Positions 1 to 11,514 are shown, counted from the whole stretch's first letter. The stretch is 63,652 nucleotides of DNA, filler included, from Octopus bimaculoides (GCF_001194135.2; 5 parts of 4 records of this genome joined end to end with filler, not necessarily neighbours in it); one strand, 5' to 3'. Translations and numbers: made by a program. Notes: a model not told the origin generated them from the sequence alone.

Positions 1-122
1 CTAACATTTTTTTATTTAGTGTGTATGCGTGTGTGTGTTGCCCATATATATATATATATATATACACTTAAGACTTAGTTGTGGGTTGGGAGTTTGATCT
101 GCAGAGGTCATTATTATTATTA

Positions 123-256
123 TTCAGATTAACACCCGCACGATTTTCACTAGGGTGTTAGGGTTACGGTTTTTGGGTCAGGGTTACGGTTTTAGGGTTA
201 CGATGAGGGTTAGTCTTACGGTTACGGTTATGTAATCATGCGGGTGTTAATCTGAA
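123..256. mobile_element. MITE-like element with 18-bp perfect TIRs and telomere-like internal hexamers
   Basis: TTCAGATTAACACCCGCA (123-140) and its exact reverse complement (239-256) enclose GGGTTA/CGGTTA/GGGTCA repeats. A second partial copy lies at 45516-45597. Confidence 0.7.
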
Positions 257-259
257 AAA

Positions 260-831
260 TCACTGAAATGTGAAAACTACCGACCCTCCCATCTGTTATA
301 ACTTTTGTTGTTCTGTTTAATATGTATATAGATTATGCCTCCAAACAAGAGAGGGGAAAGAAAGCAACCGGTTTAAAAAGACACCAACAGACTGCAGCAA
401 TTCACCACATTCCAGAAGCTGCTTTGAACATAATGCAAAACGGTGCATCATCATCTACTGCCCAATCTGATAGAATTCTGGCAGAACTGTGTAGCAACAG
501 ATCGCCGGCAATTGCTTCATCAGAAATTGCCGCCCTACCTCCTGTGAAAAGGAATTACCCTGCTATGTATAATCAAGGCAGCGCAAAAAGTTGTTTTGCA
601 CAAGCATTTGTATAGCCAATTAGACGGATGAAATTTACGTACACTTAATAATGTTACACAAAACAGCCTTCAGACTTTCCCTATTAATTCGTCTTTTGAA
701 TTATGAACATATTTACATCATAAGGGTTTTTTCATTGTAAGGATTTCTTTTTTAGTTGATTTTCACCTAGCAAGACTTATCGTAGATGGCGTAATAAGTC
801 ACACCCGGACAACGTCGGGTTATACTGCTAG
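260..831 (+). mobile_element. Probable non-autonomous Helitron (3' end seen; 5' end uncertain)
   Basis: GC-rich hairpin ACCCGGAC-AAC-GTCGGGT (803-820), then a 7-nt spacer and CTAG (828-831) followed by T: the canonical Helitron 3' terminus. CpGs are retained relative to the flanks. Confidence 0.5.
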
Positions 832-997
832 TTTGTAATAATACTAAAATGGAGTTTTGAAATAAGAGTATCACTGTAAATCTGAAAGTGCAATATTGAA
901 TAGTGAGGGGCAGTGCCGTCCAGTGCACCCCCTTAGCAACAGGCATGCCTACATTAAAACCATCATTCAAAATTTCATGTAAAGTTATGTTCTAAAC

Positions 998-1271
998 CAG
1001 GGGTTTTCAAACTTTTTGACTTGCAGACTCCTTTATATTTCAGGCTTTACCTTAGGGACCCCCTTATAAACGCTTATGAAATTTATACATAAATATTTGC
1101 TTAAAATAACATATATTTTTACATTTATTTATTTAACAGTATTTAACAAATAGGTTTATTGTCAATTAAAAGATTTCGATTAAAAAACATATATTAAATC
1201 AAATTACCCATAAAAAGTATTTGCTGTCCACGGACCCCTGTGGTCCGCAGACCACAGTTTGAAAACCCCTG
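998..1271. mobile_element. hAT-superfamily MITE
   Basis: TIRs CAGGGGTTTTCAAACT / AGTTTGAAAACCCCTG flanked by an exact 8-bp TSD TTCTAAAC (990-997 and 1272-1279). Confidence 0.92.
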
Positions 1272-1624
1272 TTCTAAACGATAGTTTAATAATTACTAAG
1301 TTATTTTACTAAATTCCTCATTATTTTCAAGATTAGTTGAAACAAAAATAGTAAATGCCGACAGAAATAAAAAGGTTAATTAGAAACCAAGATATTTTTA
1401 TTCAATGTACTGAGTTCGCCATCATATTCTGATATATACACATGAATACATACACATTACTGATGTCACATACCTATTGTATGTGTTTTGTTTATGCATT
1501 CATTAGCTAGGGAAAACGTCTCTAAGATGCTGAGGGCTAAAAAACACTGAATTCCTCAAACCAAGTGAATGAGAATGATGAATTGGATATCAATATTTCA
1601 CTGTTTTCACAGCATCATAATATA

Positions 1625-1853
1625 TTACGTTGTCCGGAAAGTTCGTGCCGATTTATAGTAGCTTACCTTTCGACTTATTTGCCATGAAACCACCTCAATT
1701 CTGGGAAGAGGGTATTTTCAAGTTAAAGGAAAGATGGAGGCGCATTGTGCAACAAAATGGTTCAATATTTGGTTGATTAAAAATGTAATGGCAAGTATTT
1801 ATTGACCTTTTTCTTTCCTTTAAAAATCGGCACAAACTTTCCGGACAACTCAA
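1625..1853 (+). mobile_element. mariner deletion derivative (MITE)
   Basis: About 29-bp TIRs (TTACGTTGTCCGGAAAGTTCGTGCCGATTT / AAATCGGCACAAACTTTCCGGACAACTCAA) with TA flanks. The interior encodes the mariner C-terminus FWEEGIFKLKERWRRIVQQNG. Confidence 0.88.
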
Positions 1854-2224
1854 TATATATTACACAAACATTTGATGGGTTTTCTGACAGGGAGATTTGG
1901 TTGTTATTACTAACAGGTCAAACACCCACACTGAGGCATTTTGTAGAAAATTAAACATCAGTAAAATTGCCCGCTAAACACGTAACATTTTTTTATATTT
2001 TCACTGGCTTCAGTCATTGGACTGCAGTCATACTGGTACATCATTTTCAAAAGCTTTTTTTTTTTTTTTTTGCAGTGGATCACATCAATGCAGACTTATT
2101 CAATACTTATAGAATGGCTAAGCTATATTTTTGACAGCATCACTTTATGAATTAGGCTAAATGAGATAAACACTTTACTATAAGTTGTCTATTTAGGAAG
2201 CAAAGATAAAAATCCTGAGATTAC

Positions 2225-2401
2225 CTTCCTGACAGCTAACAGATATTTTAGCCCAAGGAGTCCTCCATGTCGCACTTCCCACTGGGACTGTGCCAAAAGA
2301 GCCAACAAAGCAGAAACAACACTGTGCACACCATCAGAGTCAAGCAAATTAATAACAACTCCAAGAGTTTGTGCACAAGTTTCCCTGACTGGTGCCACAA
2401 C
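2225..2401 (-). CDS. BTAF1: BTAF1 coding exon 10 (gene continues beyond the left edge of the window)
   Basis: ttatag| VVAPVRETCAQTLGVVINLLDSDGVHSVVSALLALLAQSQWEVRHGGLLGLKYLLAVRK |gtaat; 177 nt; signature VVAPVRETCAQTLG...WEVRHGGLLG.KY. Confidence 0.96.
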
Positions 2402-3108
2402 CTATAAAAGAATGTCACACTTTACTAAAATGACAAAGTAATCAGTTATTTTATCTAAACTATACATTTATACCAACATTATTTTATAACTACTGATTAC
2501 ATAAAAGAAACAATAAAGAACCAATTTTTACTTTTCCATTATGTGAAACATACATATTTAAGACGGTCCGGTCAATAACCAAAAGGAATTAAACATAATT
2601 TTAGTGAAATGTATACATTCATATATATATATATGTAGAGACAGAGAGAGAGAGCTAAAAAAATAAGACAAGTTATTTTTTAAGTCTAATGAAAGCTAGA
2701 ATAAGAAAAAAAAATCAATAAGCCAATAATAATTAAAGTTATACAGTCAATCAGACTATTTACAAATATGGAATGTAGTGGCTGTGTGGATAAGCTGTTC
2801 AACTAGTGAAAGGATCTAGCTCAAATATTAGCTATTTCTTTCCTCAACACACAAATATACTGCAACTGATGCTTTTGTTAAAGCTTAAACCAAAATGAGC
2901 AAGTAGAATTGATGCAATAGAAACTTAGAGAAATTTAATTATCAGTTATCTAAATTGTGAAAGAAATTGTATAAATTCATCAGCTTAGAAGCTAAAAATA
3001 GTTCATAGAATTATCACTTGAGCAGAATTTGATTTTCATTTTCAGGAATTTTATTTCTTCAAAATAACTGTATGTGCTAGAACCTTTATGATAAAAACTT
3101 AATATTAC

Positions 3109-3204
3109 CTCATCAGCAACAAAGTCCCCAAATCGATCCAATGCCAAAACACACAACAGACGAAGACCAAGATCACAGAGCCAAGTTTGGTTCATTATTA
3201 CCAT
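3109..3204 (-). CDS. BTAF1: BTAF1 coding exon 9
   Basis: ttgaag| MVIMNQTWLCDLGLRLLCVLALDRFGDFVADE |gtaata; 96 nt; signature RLLCV.ALDRFGDFV.DE. Confidence 0.95.
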
Positions 3205-3700
3205 CTTCAATATAAAAAAAAAATATATAATCAAACATACATTACATATATTCATTACAGCCAAAAATGTTATTAATGTCAACTTAAAAAACAAAAACTG
3301 CACTATCAATAATTGCTTCAATTTCCCCCATCATCCGTAAGATACTGTTATCTGGCTATAGTGATGCTGGGAATCCAAAACAAACCTATAAGTACTAAGA
3401 ATAAAAATATGGGGAGGGGTGCTTTTTTTTTCAACCCAGTTACAAACAACAACTCTTTGCCATTGGCACAATAAATGAACCCACTCATACTGCAAAGAGG
3501 TTTGTGACAAAGAACATAATAAAAAAGATAAGCAAATAAAGATAACAGAGTAAAGGAGACACTTTATAGTCTTATCAGAAATAATATAATTTCTCTAATA
3601 CCACTGAAAGAAAGTATAGCAGCAAAATAGTGTAAAAATGTTTAGACTTGTCAAAGACAACTACTTTAGTGCCAGCAGTAACACAATAAAATATACTCAG

Positions 3701-3764
3701 CCACATTTCAAAGTGGTTTGTGTTAGAAAGTGCCACACTTCAAAGTGGTTTGTGTTAGAAAGTG
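3701..3764. repeat. 32-bp tandem duplication
   Basis: CCACA(T/C)TTCAAAGTGGTTTGTGTTAGAAAGTG repeated twice head to tail. Confidence 0.85.
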
Positions 3765-4268
3765 CATCTAACTGTAGAACACATACCAAAAGGGAAGGAA
3801 TGTAGACAGAGACAATGCAGAGTAGAGGGAGCTCATTAGTTTTGTCAGGAACAATTCTAGTGTTGGTAGTACAATAAAAAACACCCATTTACGCTGTAAA
3901 GGGGTTTGTGCTAGGAAGGGCTTGCACTTGCAAAATTTGCATCCAAGATAACAGCATACATAACAGACTTGGCCAGTTTTTCTTTGTTGTCATTCATGCA
4001 TGTGCCAGATGATGAATGACCACAACTGGTAGCAAGTCAAGATTACAGTAAGTAACAAGACAAAGGACCATGGCAAGTGACAAGATGCCAATACTCATCC
4101 AACTCATGACAACATGAAAAATTTGAGTTAACATGATGATATGATATGTTCAATGAACTATATCCCTCCCTCGTGAACTGTTTGCTTGATCCAATATAAG
4201 ATATCAACATATGCAAAAGTACATTTTTTTTAAAACTAAATATAATTGAATAATCTAATAAAACAAAC

Positions 4269-4427
4269 CTGGTCAACAGGTGTATCAGTGGCTCGACCAG
4301 CCCCTCTTCCATGGAGTTTTACAACTTCACGAAGACCTGTTGCAGCTCCATGCCTAATTTCCCAAGCATTATGAAACAGATCATTCATTAAAACTTCACA
4401 AAATGATTCAAATGGCCATTCTTCACA
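4269..4427 (-). CDS. BTAF1: BTAF1 coding exon 8
   Basis: ttttag| [53 protein letters not shown] |gtttgt; 159 nt; HEAT-repeat motif EWP.ESFCE.L.NDLF...WE.RHG. Confidence 0.95.
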
Positions 4428-4838
4428 CTAAAAAGAAATACAAAAAATATATAAAAATATCTATTTTGCACAATTATTAAACTGAAAGAGAGACAAAGAC
4501 AGACAAACAGACAGACACATGGGCAATCAGACAGAGAGACAGACACAAAGGCAACCAGACAGATAGAGAGATGGAAGGAGATATTCAAATTTATTATATA
4601 TTAATTCCTCACAATGCAAAAAAAAAATGTGAAAATTACTAATAAAATAATTCAGTAAACAAAATTATGTTTTTTTATTAATAAAAAGTTATTTTTAATT
4701 ATTTTGTAATTTATAATTTAATTATATACTCATTTGATATTTATGTTTTAATTAATCTCTATACTGACTAAGAATCTAAAACAAAATATCAACAAAGCTA
4801 TACTGGGAAGAGAAAAAAAACTTGTAAATATTACTTAC

Positions 4839-4959
4839 ATCTTCTACTGATGAGTTTGGTACAGCTACATCAATAATTAATCTATCTTCTTCTAATTTTT
4901 CATTCAGACTAAGTTTTACTTTCTTCAGATTTGGCTCACTGTCATTAGAAGCTGACTCA
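4839..4959 (-). CDS. BTAF1: BTAF1 coding exon 7
   Basis: taacag| (G)ESASNDSEPNLKKVKLSLNEKLEEDRLIIDVAVPNSSVED |gtaagt; 121 nt, phase 2 to 0, compatible with both neighbours. Confidence 0.85.
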
Positions 4960-6239
4960 CTGTTACAATATATAAACAACAAATTAACTTATTCCTATCA
5001 AAACTTTCAGCTTTATCATGCACAAGTTAACATCATAGAAATTAATTTCTCTAAACCACACTGGTTTGGGAAACAACTGATTACTGAATTTTAACAACAC
5101 TGTTTGTTACTGTAAACATTTTTATGATTTAACCCTTTAGCATTCAGATTATTCTATCAAATGTAACTTATTTATCCAGTGTTTTCAATTTACCTAGAAT
5201 TATTTTATGGTTTTGAAATTTTGATTGTTTGACTCTATAGTTTTAGACTAACATTGCTGGGTGACTGTGAGAGGCTGGATCTGGCCAGTTTGAACATAAA
5301 ACAGGAAGAATGTTTTGGTTGGATATTGCCAGCTTATATGCTAAAGGGTTAAAATACCAAAACTACTGTCATAATGGAAGGTTTATACTCTACAATATTT
5401 TAATTAAATTGGATAATTATTTTTATGAGCTTTAAGATAGCCAAAAGAAATTTTAAAGAGAATTCTAGTAATTCAAGAATTATTTTTTTTCCTTATAAAT
5501 TACAAACCAATCAATTTTTCAATATAGAATAGACTAGACAAACAGCACATATTTTTACAACATAAACCAAAAAACAGTCTAAAATTATTACAGAATTATC
5601 ATCATCATTCTTATTTTCTTATGTTCACTTTTATCAAGTTGGTATGCATTGGAAGAAATTTTTTGGACTATTCTACATCCAAGTGCCCTTCCTGATGCCA
5701 ACCCTTATTTGTATTCCAGTAAGGCACTTTATTCCACTGGTTTTCATACATCAAGTTATTGGTCGCAGGCCATATTGTGTGTGCAAGATACAAAGAAATG
5801 TCACTGCTACCCAAGCAAGGTAGGACTGAGGAATAACCAATGATACACGAGTTGGGGGAAGATAGGGGAGAGAAGATAACTGACAATGCAGGAAAAGGAG
5901 TGGAGAGTGAAGAGCAACAGAAATATGATAATGTTATAGTAGACAGGAGAAGAATGAGAGGATGTAAGAAGAAGAGAGAGAATGGGAAACATCGCATACG
6001 GTCAGGTAGATTGTATGAGTGTAGAAAGTTGTATTAAACACAGAGAGAGAGTGATATACAGTAATTAAGAAGAGATACTGTAGTAGCTTAGGAGGGTGAC
6101 CAATGTAAAATTTGGATAAGATTCTGTTCCTATTCATAGCTACATAAATACAGCCTAAGTCTAAAATACCAGTAGCAACAATATTCAAATTTACAACAAA
6201 TCTGTCTTACACATACTATCAATTAGTATTAGCAAACTA

Positions 6240-7634
6240 CAGGGGTTGGACAAAATAATGGAAACACCTAACATCATAGCATCATAATTTTGAAATATCT
6301 ATAAAACTGTTAAAAGCTTGTTTATTTTTATGTATTTTGATTTATTAATAGTGTTGCTTAACATGTTTTGCGAAAATTGCTTTTTCTTTTCAGATATCAT
6401 CAGTAAAAGGTAATTAAAATTCATTAAAATGACAGATCTATCGAACTTTCAAAGAGGTCAAATTGTTGGTGCTTGTATGGCAACCACTAGCGTAACGAAA
6501 ACAGCTGAAATGTTTGGTGTATCAAGAAGTACTGTCTCAAAAGTAATGACAGCCTTTGAGAAAGAGNNNNNNNNNNNNNNNNNNNNNNNNNNNNNNNNNN
6601 NNNNNNNNNNNNNNNNNNNNNNNNNNNNNNNNNNNNNNNNNNNNNNNNNNNNNNNNNNNNNNNNNNNNNNNNNNNNNNNNNNNNNNNNNNNNNNNNNNNN
6701 NNNNNNNNNNNNNNNNNNNNNNNNNNNNNNNNNNNNNNNNNNNNNNNNNNNNNNNNNNNNNNNNNNNNNNNNNNNNNNNNNNNNNNNNNNNNNNNNNNNN
6801 NNNNNNNNNNNNNNNNNNNNNNNNNNNNNNNNNNNNNNNNNNNNNNNNNNNNNNNNNNNNNNNNNNNNNNNNNNNNNNNNNNNNNNNNNNNNNNNNNNNN
6901 NNNNNNNNNNNNNNNNNNNNNNNNNNNNNNCAAAAACAAACATTGCAAAGCATTTATAGTGGAGTAAAAACCTACAGAATTGGTCCCTAGAGTAGTGGAA
7001 GAATGTTATTTTCTTGAACGAGTCATCCTTTACCCTATTTCTGACCACCAGCTAAGTATACATGTGGAGACAGCCAAAAGAAGCATTTGACCCAGACTGC
7101 TTTCTTCCAAGTGTTAAACATGGAGGAGGATCTGTGATGCTCTGCAGGGGGGGGCTGTATCTTGGAAATCCGCCGGCCCAATGGTTTCCCTTCGTGGCAG
7201 AATTAATAGTCAAGACTATTTAAGCATTTTATCTGATCAAATTCATCCTATGTTTGCAGAACTGTTTCCAGAGGGAAATGCAATCTTTCAAGATGATTAT
7301 GCACCAACTCACATACCTAAAGTTGTTACTGAATGATACAAGGAACATCTTATCTGGCCACCACAGTTCCCAGATCTCAATATCATTGAACATTTATGGT
7401 GCATTTTAGAAAAACAAGTAAGGAGTTGATATCCTCCACCATCATCACTACAAGAACTGGAGACTGTATTAGCTGAAGAATGGATAAAAATTCCTTTGGA
7501 AACAATTCAAACTTTTTACGAGTCCATACCTCATAGAATTCAAGCTGTAATTACTGCCAAAGGCAGTCCTACCCTATATTAAAATTAATTTGTTTGAAAT
7601 TTTAAGGTGTTTCCATTATTTTGTCCAACCCCTG
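6240..7634 (+). mobile_element. Full-length Tc1-family transposon, inactivated transposase (6429-7582)
   Basis: TIRs CAGGGGTTGGACAAAATAATGGAAACACCT / AGGTGTTTCCATTATTTTGTCCAACCCCTG with TA TSDs. HTH start MTDLSNFQRGQIVGA; DD34E-type motifs FQDDYAP and WPPQFPDLNIIEHLW; C-terminus AVITAKGSPTLY*. Frameshifts, plus N-gap 6567-6930. Confidence 0.93.
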
Positions 7635-7773
7635 TATATCTCTTATGCAGTTTTGTTAAGGATAACATCAGAATAAATCAGTACAAGAACGTTTACAATA
7701 TTTTATTTCATAGTTTATTTTCTCTAAAATAATTTAAACTTTCTAAAGGTATTTCAAAGCAATGATTTTTTAC

Positions 7774-7904
7774 CCTTGTTGCGCTTCTTTTGACCTTTGT
7801 TTGGCTAAATTCCTCGCTTTCCGTCGAGCTTTGTTTCTTTCTCGGGCACTCATTCCACTGGTGACATACATTAACTGCTGTTTCACTAACTCACCAACAG
7901 ATTT
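7774..7904 (-). CDS. BTAF1: BTAF1 coding exon 6
   Basis: ttttag| KSVGELVKQQLMYVTSGMSARERNKARRKARNLAKQRSKEAQQ(G) |gtaaaa; 131 nt, phase 0 to 2; matches GMS.R..NKA.R.A...AKQRS. Confidence 0.92.
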
Positions 7905-8661
7905 CTAAAAAAAAAAATTGAGAAATTTATAAATCAATCGTAAGCTATATTATACAAAAGCACACAAATATTCCATTTGAATATAACATAACCAAACAGT
8001 TACTAATTTTCTGATTTTCATATCCCAGAAATTTTCATTATAACACTTCAAAAGCCTTATACCAAAGTAAAATGGTTCATATAAAGATTTAACATCATGA
8101 TCATTACTGACTCCTTTTAAAAAATGATATCCTTGCCATCTACTTTAAAAGGATCCTTAATTATCTTTTAGAACTATTTCTTACTGCATTAAAACTATAT
8201 TCTACAGAGTATGGTTATATACAGTCATTTACCAATTTAACAGTATGGACTATATGTATTCATAAAAGTACATGCTTTGGATAATGCAGAAACGGTGTAG
8301 ACAAAGAACAAGGATTTTCAAAGAATTTACCCTGAGACCACCTCTAATTCTAGGACACAAACTTCCTACTTCAAAGTGATTTAAATTAAAACCTTGCATG
8401 AAAATTCCATGTTAATTTACAGCCTAAACACTTAATAATGACTAAGTTATTTAACCAAATCCTTCATTATTTTCAAAATTATTTGAAACAAATGCTGTAT
8501 ATTTCCCAAAAATATGGTAACAAATGAGTTAAACACCACAAAAGTGTATAACTTGAAAAGACTTTTAACTGAAAATAATCATATCTAAACTAAAATGTTA
8601 TCAAAACACTAAAGATCTAAGCAGCCTGACTGCAAAGTAGCCTGTCTAGTGTTTGGGAAAG

Positions 8662-8880
8662 ATCATCATCATTGTTGTTGTTTAACGTCCGCTTTCCATG
8701 CTGGCATGGGTTGGACGGTTTTACTGAGGACTGGCAAACCAGAAAGCTGTACCAGGCAACAATCTGATCTGGCAAGGTTTCTACAGTTGGATGTCCTTCC
8801 TAACAAGAGTGTAGTGGGTGCTTTTTATGTGCCACTGGCGGTGCTTTTTACGTGCCACCAGCACAGGAGCCAGTCAAATG
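8662..8880 (-). mobile_element. RTE-LINE 3' tail / derived SINE copy
   Basis: Reverse complement of the tail family ending ...CATGGAAAGCGGACGTTAAAC(GAT)n seen at 11350-11514, 25590-25760 and 29070-29305. Confidence 0.8.
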
Positions 8881-8948
8881 TGGATAAAAATTAATTTGTG
8901 TGCAATTTGTGTAATCAACAGATGTACGTAAAATTAAAATCAACTCAC

Positions 8949-9109
8949 TTTACATCTATCCATAGAATTTGTATCCATCTTATTTTGTGCCAGATCTTCA
9001 TCATTAAAAATAGAATCTGTTTCAATGCCAAGAGTTCCAGCCATATCAAGACCAAGGCGCTTATTTAGAAGCTGTCTTTGTTTTATCAACCGTTCTTTAT
9101 CATCCAAAT
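8949..9109 (-). CDS. BTAF1: BTAF1 coding exon 5
   Basis: cttcag| (D)LDDKERLIKQRQLLNKRLGLDMAGTLGIETDSIFNDEDLAQNKMDTNSMDRCK |gtgagt; 161 nt; matches KER..RQR.LL.K.LGL...FNDEDL. Confidence 0.93.
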
Positions 9110-9225
9110 CTGAAGATATATAAAAGAATAACTTTAAAAAAAAAAAGAGATACATTCAATGTTTTCAATCATTTTGTTTTCTGTTAATTTCAAATAAAAA
9201 CAATAAAATTAACTGAAATTCTCAC

Positions 9226-9363
9226 CAATGCCACTCTCTTCAAGGTCATATTCATGGCCTTCAGAACCCAGCAATGAAGAACCATGCAGAAGAACTTTAT
9301 TAATGTCAAAATGTGAAAATAGTAGGCTTCCGGGTGACTGGTAATTCTGTTTCGGAAAACCTT
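9226..9363 (-). CDS. BTAF1: BTAF1 coding exon 4
   Basis: ttttcag| GFPKQNYQSPGSLLFSHFDINKVLLHGSSLLGSEGHEYDLEESGI |gtgag; 138 nt, phase 1 to 1; matches F..FDI..LL.HG.SLLGS.G.E of BTAF1. Confidence 0.92.
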
Positions 9364-9399
9364 CTGAAAATAAAAATAATGAAATACTTTTAGTTATAG

Positions 9400-10126
9400 N
9401 NNNNNNNNNNNNNNNNNNNNNNNNNNNNNNNNNNNNNNNNNNNNNNNNNNNNNNNNNNNNNNNNNNNNNNNNNNNNNNNNNNNNNNNNNNNNNNNNNNNN
9501 NNNNNNNNNNNNNNNNNNNNNNNNNNNNNNNNNNNNNNNNNNNNNNNNNNNNNNNNNNNNNNNNNNNNNNNNNNNNNNNNNNNNNNNNNNNNNNNNNNNN
9601 NNNNNNNNNNNNNNNNNNNNNNNNNNNNNNNNNNNNNNNNNNNNNNNNNNNNNNNNNNNNNNNNNNNNNNNNNNNNNNNNNNNNNNNNNNNNNNNNNNNN
9701 NNNNNNNNNNNNNNNNNNNNNNNNNNNNNNNNNNNNNNNNNNNNNNNNNNNNNNNNNNNNNNNNNNNNNNNNNNNNNNNNNNNNNNNNNNNNNNNNNNNN
9801 NNNNNNNNNNNNNNNNNNNNNNNNNNNNNNNNNNNNNNNNNNNNNNNNNNNNNNNNNNNNNNNNNNNNNNNNNNNNNNNNNNNNNNNNNNNNNNNNNNNN
9901 NNNNNNNNNNNNNNNNNNNNNNNNNNNNNNNNNNNNNNNNNNNNNNNNNNNNNNNNNNNNNNNNNNNNNNNNNNNNNNNNNNNNNNNNNNNNNNNNNNNN
10001 NNNNNNNNNNNNNNNNNNNNNNNNNNNNNNNNNNNNNNNNNNNNNNNNNNNNNNNNNNNNNNNNNNNNNNNNNNNNNNNNNNNNNNNNNNNNNNNNNNNN
10101 NNNNNNNNNNNNNNNNNNNNNNNNNN
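9400..10126 (-). other. BTAF1: Assembly gap predicted to hide BTAF1 coding exon 3
   Basis: The conserved segment after LLSK (V..YLRS..WDTRIAA.QAVEAI) is not seen between exons 2 and 4. The only unsequenced space large enough is this N-run. Required phases are 0 in and 1 out. Confidence 0.7.
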
Positions 10127-10334
10127 TTAAAAAATAAGTACTGAGAGCAATTTGTTTGACTAAACCTTTCAAGGCAGTGCTCCAGCATGGCTGTAATCCA
10201 ATGACTAAAACAAGTAAAAGATAAAGAATTTGGAAAGGTACTTTGATACCCTAGATTATTATAGATATCTATTCACAACAGATCATATTTATCAATATTA
10301 TATAATTATATAATATATACTAGGCACAAGTGAA

Positions 10335-10661
10335 GGCACATGGCTCAGTGGTTAGAGCAATGAGCTTACGATCGCAAGGTTGTGAGTTCGAATCCCGGAC
10401 CGGGCTGCGTGTTGTGTTCTTGAGCAAGACACTTTATTTCATGTTGCTCCAGTTCACTCAGCTGTAGAAATGAGTTGCGACGTCACAGGTGCCAAGATGT
10501 ATCAGCCTTTGCCTTTCCATTGGAAAACACTGGTGGCATGGAGAGATACTGGTATGCATGGGTAACTACTGGTCTTCTGTAAACCACCTTGCCCGGACTT
10601 GTGCCTTGGAGGGTAACTTTCTAGGAGCAAACCCATGGTCAGTCATGACCGAAGGGGGTCT
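10335..10661 (+). mobile_element. tRNA-derived SINE (family A)
   Basis: A-box-like TGGCTCAGTGG and B-box GTTCGAATCC, then TTGAGCAAGACACTTTATTTC core. Homologous to 51822-52153 and 62418-62746. Confidence 0.85.
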
Positions 10662-11039
10662 CAGCAACTAGGCACAAGCAAAGCTGTATGATTGAGAAGT
10701 TCATTTTCAAAATGTGTGGTTTCAGGTACAGTCCCACTATGTGGCACAGAGTTAATTGTCTCATGCTTATAGCCCCAGGCCAACTATATGACCAGATTTA
10801 AGATTTGGTAGATAGAAACCTAGAAGAAAACCATCATATAAAACAATGTATAGGCATGTGTACATGTACATATGTGTGCATGTGCATTTGTGAGTTTGTT
10901 ACATCTGTAATCATTTGTACAAAAATATAGAGAACATACATATCTTTTTAATACAACCAAACATCTTTCCTTTCACAATTATACAAAACTAGTTACCTAC
11001 ACCATTAAACAGAAACAAACCAAAATCGCTGATGTGGCT

Positions 11040-11514
11040 GATGACAGTACTGCCCGATTGGCACTTGTGCTAGTGGAACATTAAAAGCACATACGAGCGT
11101 GGTCATTGCCAGGGCCATGGATTGGCTCCCGTGACGGTGACACGTGAAAAGCACCATTCGAGCATGATCGTTGCCAGCATCGCCTTACCAGCACATGTGC
11201 CAGTGGCATTTGAAAAACAACATTCGAGCGTGGTCGTTGACAGTGCTGCCGAACTGGCTCCCATGCAGGTAGCCCGTAAAAACACCTTTTGAGCGTGGTC
11301 GTTGCCAGAACCGCCTGACTGGCCCTCATGCCAGTGGTACATAAAAAGCACCCACTACACCCTCAGAGTGGTTGGCATTAGGAAGGGCATCCAGCTGTAG
11401 AAACTTTGCCAGATCAGATTGAGCCTGGTGCAGCCTCTGGCTCACCAGTCCTCAGTCAAACTGTCCAACCCATGCAAGCATGGAAAGCAGATGTTAAACA
11501 ATGATGATGATGAT
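11040..11514 (+). mobile_element. RTE-LINE 3' UTR with internal ~63-bp tandem repeats and (GAT)n tail
   Basis: About five degenerate units containing AAAAGCACCATTCGAGCGTGGTCGTTGCCAG precede the conserved tail. The same tail ends the RT-bearing element at 22915-25760. Confidence 0.8.

Noticed and set aside
10335-10400. tRNA-like heads of SINE family A as real tRNA genes
   Set aside because: A and B boxes are present, but there is no complete cloverleaf and each head continues into a shared ~260-bp repeat body.
11040-11350. Repeat-spacer-like array as a CRISPR array
   Set aside because: The units are degenerate along their whole length, the context is eukaryotic LINE 3' UTR, and there are no cas genes.
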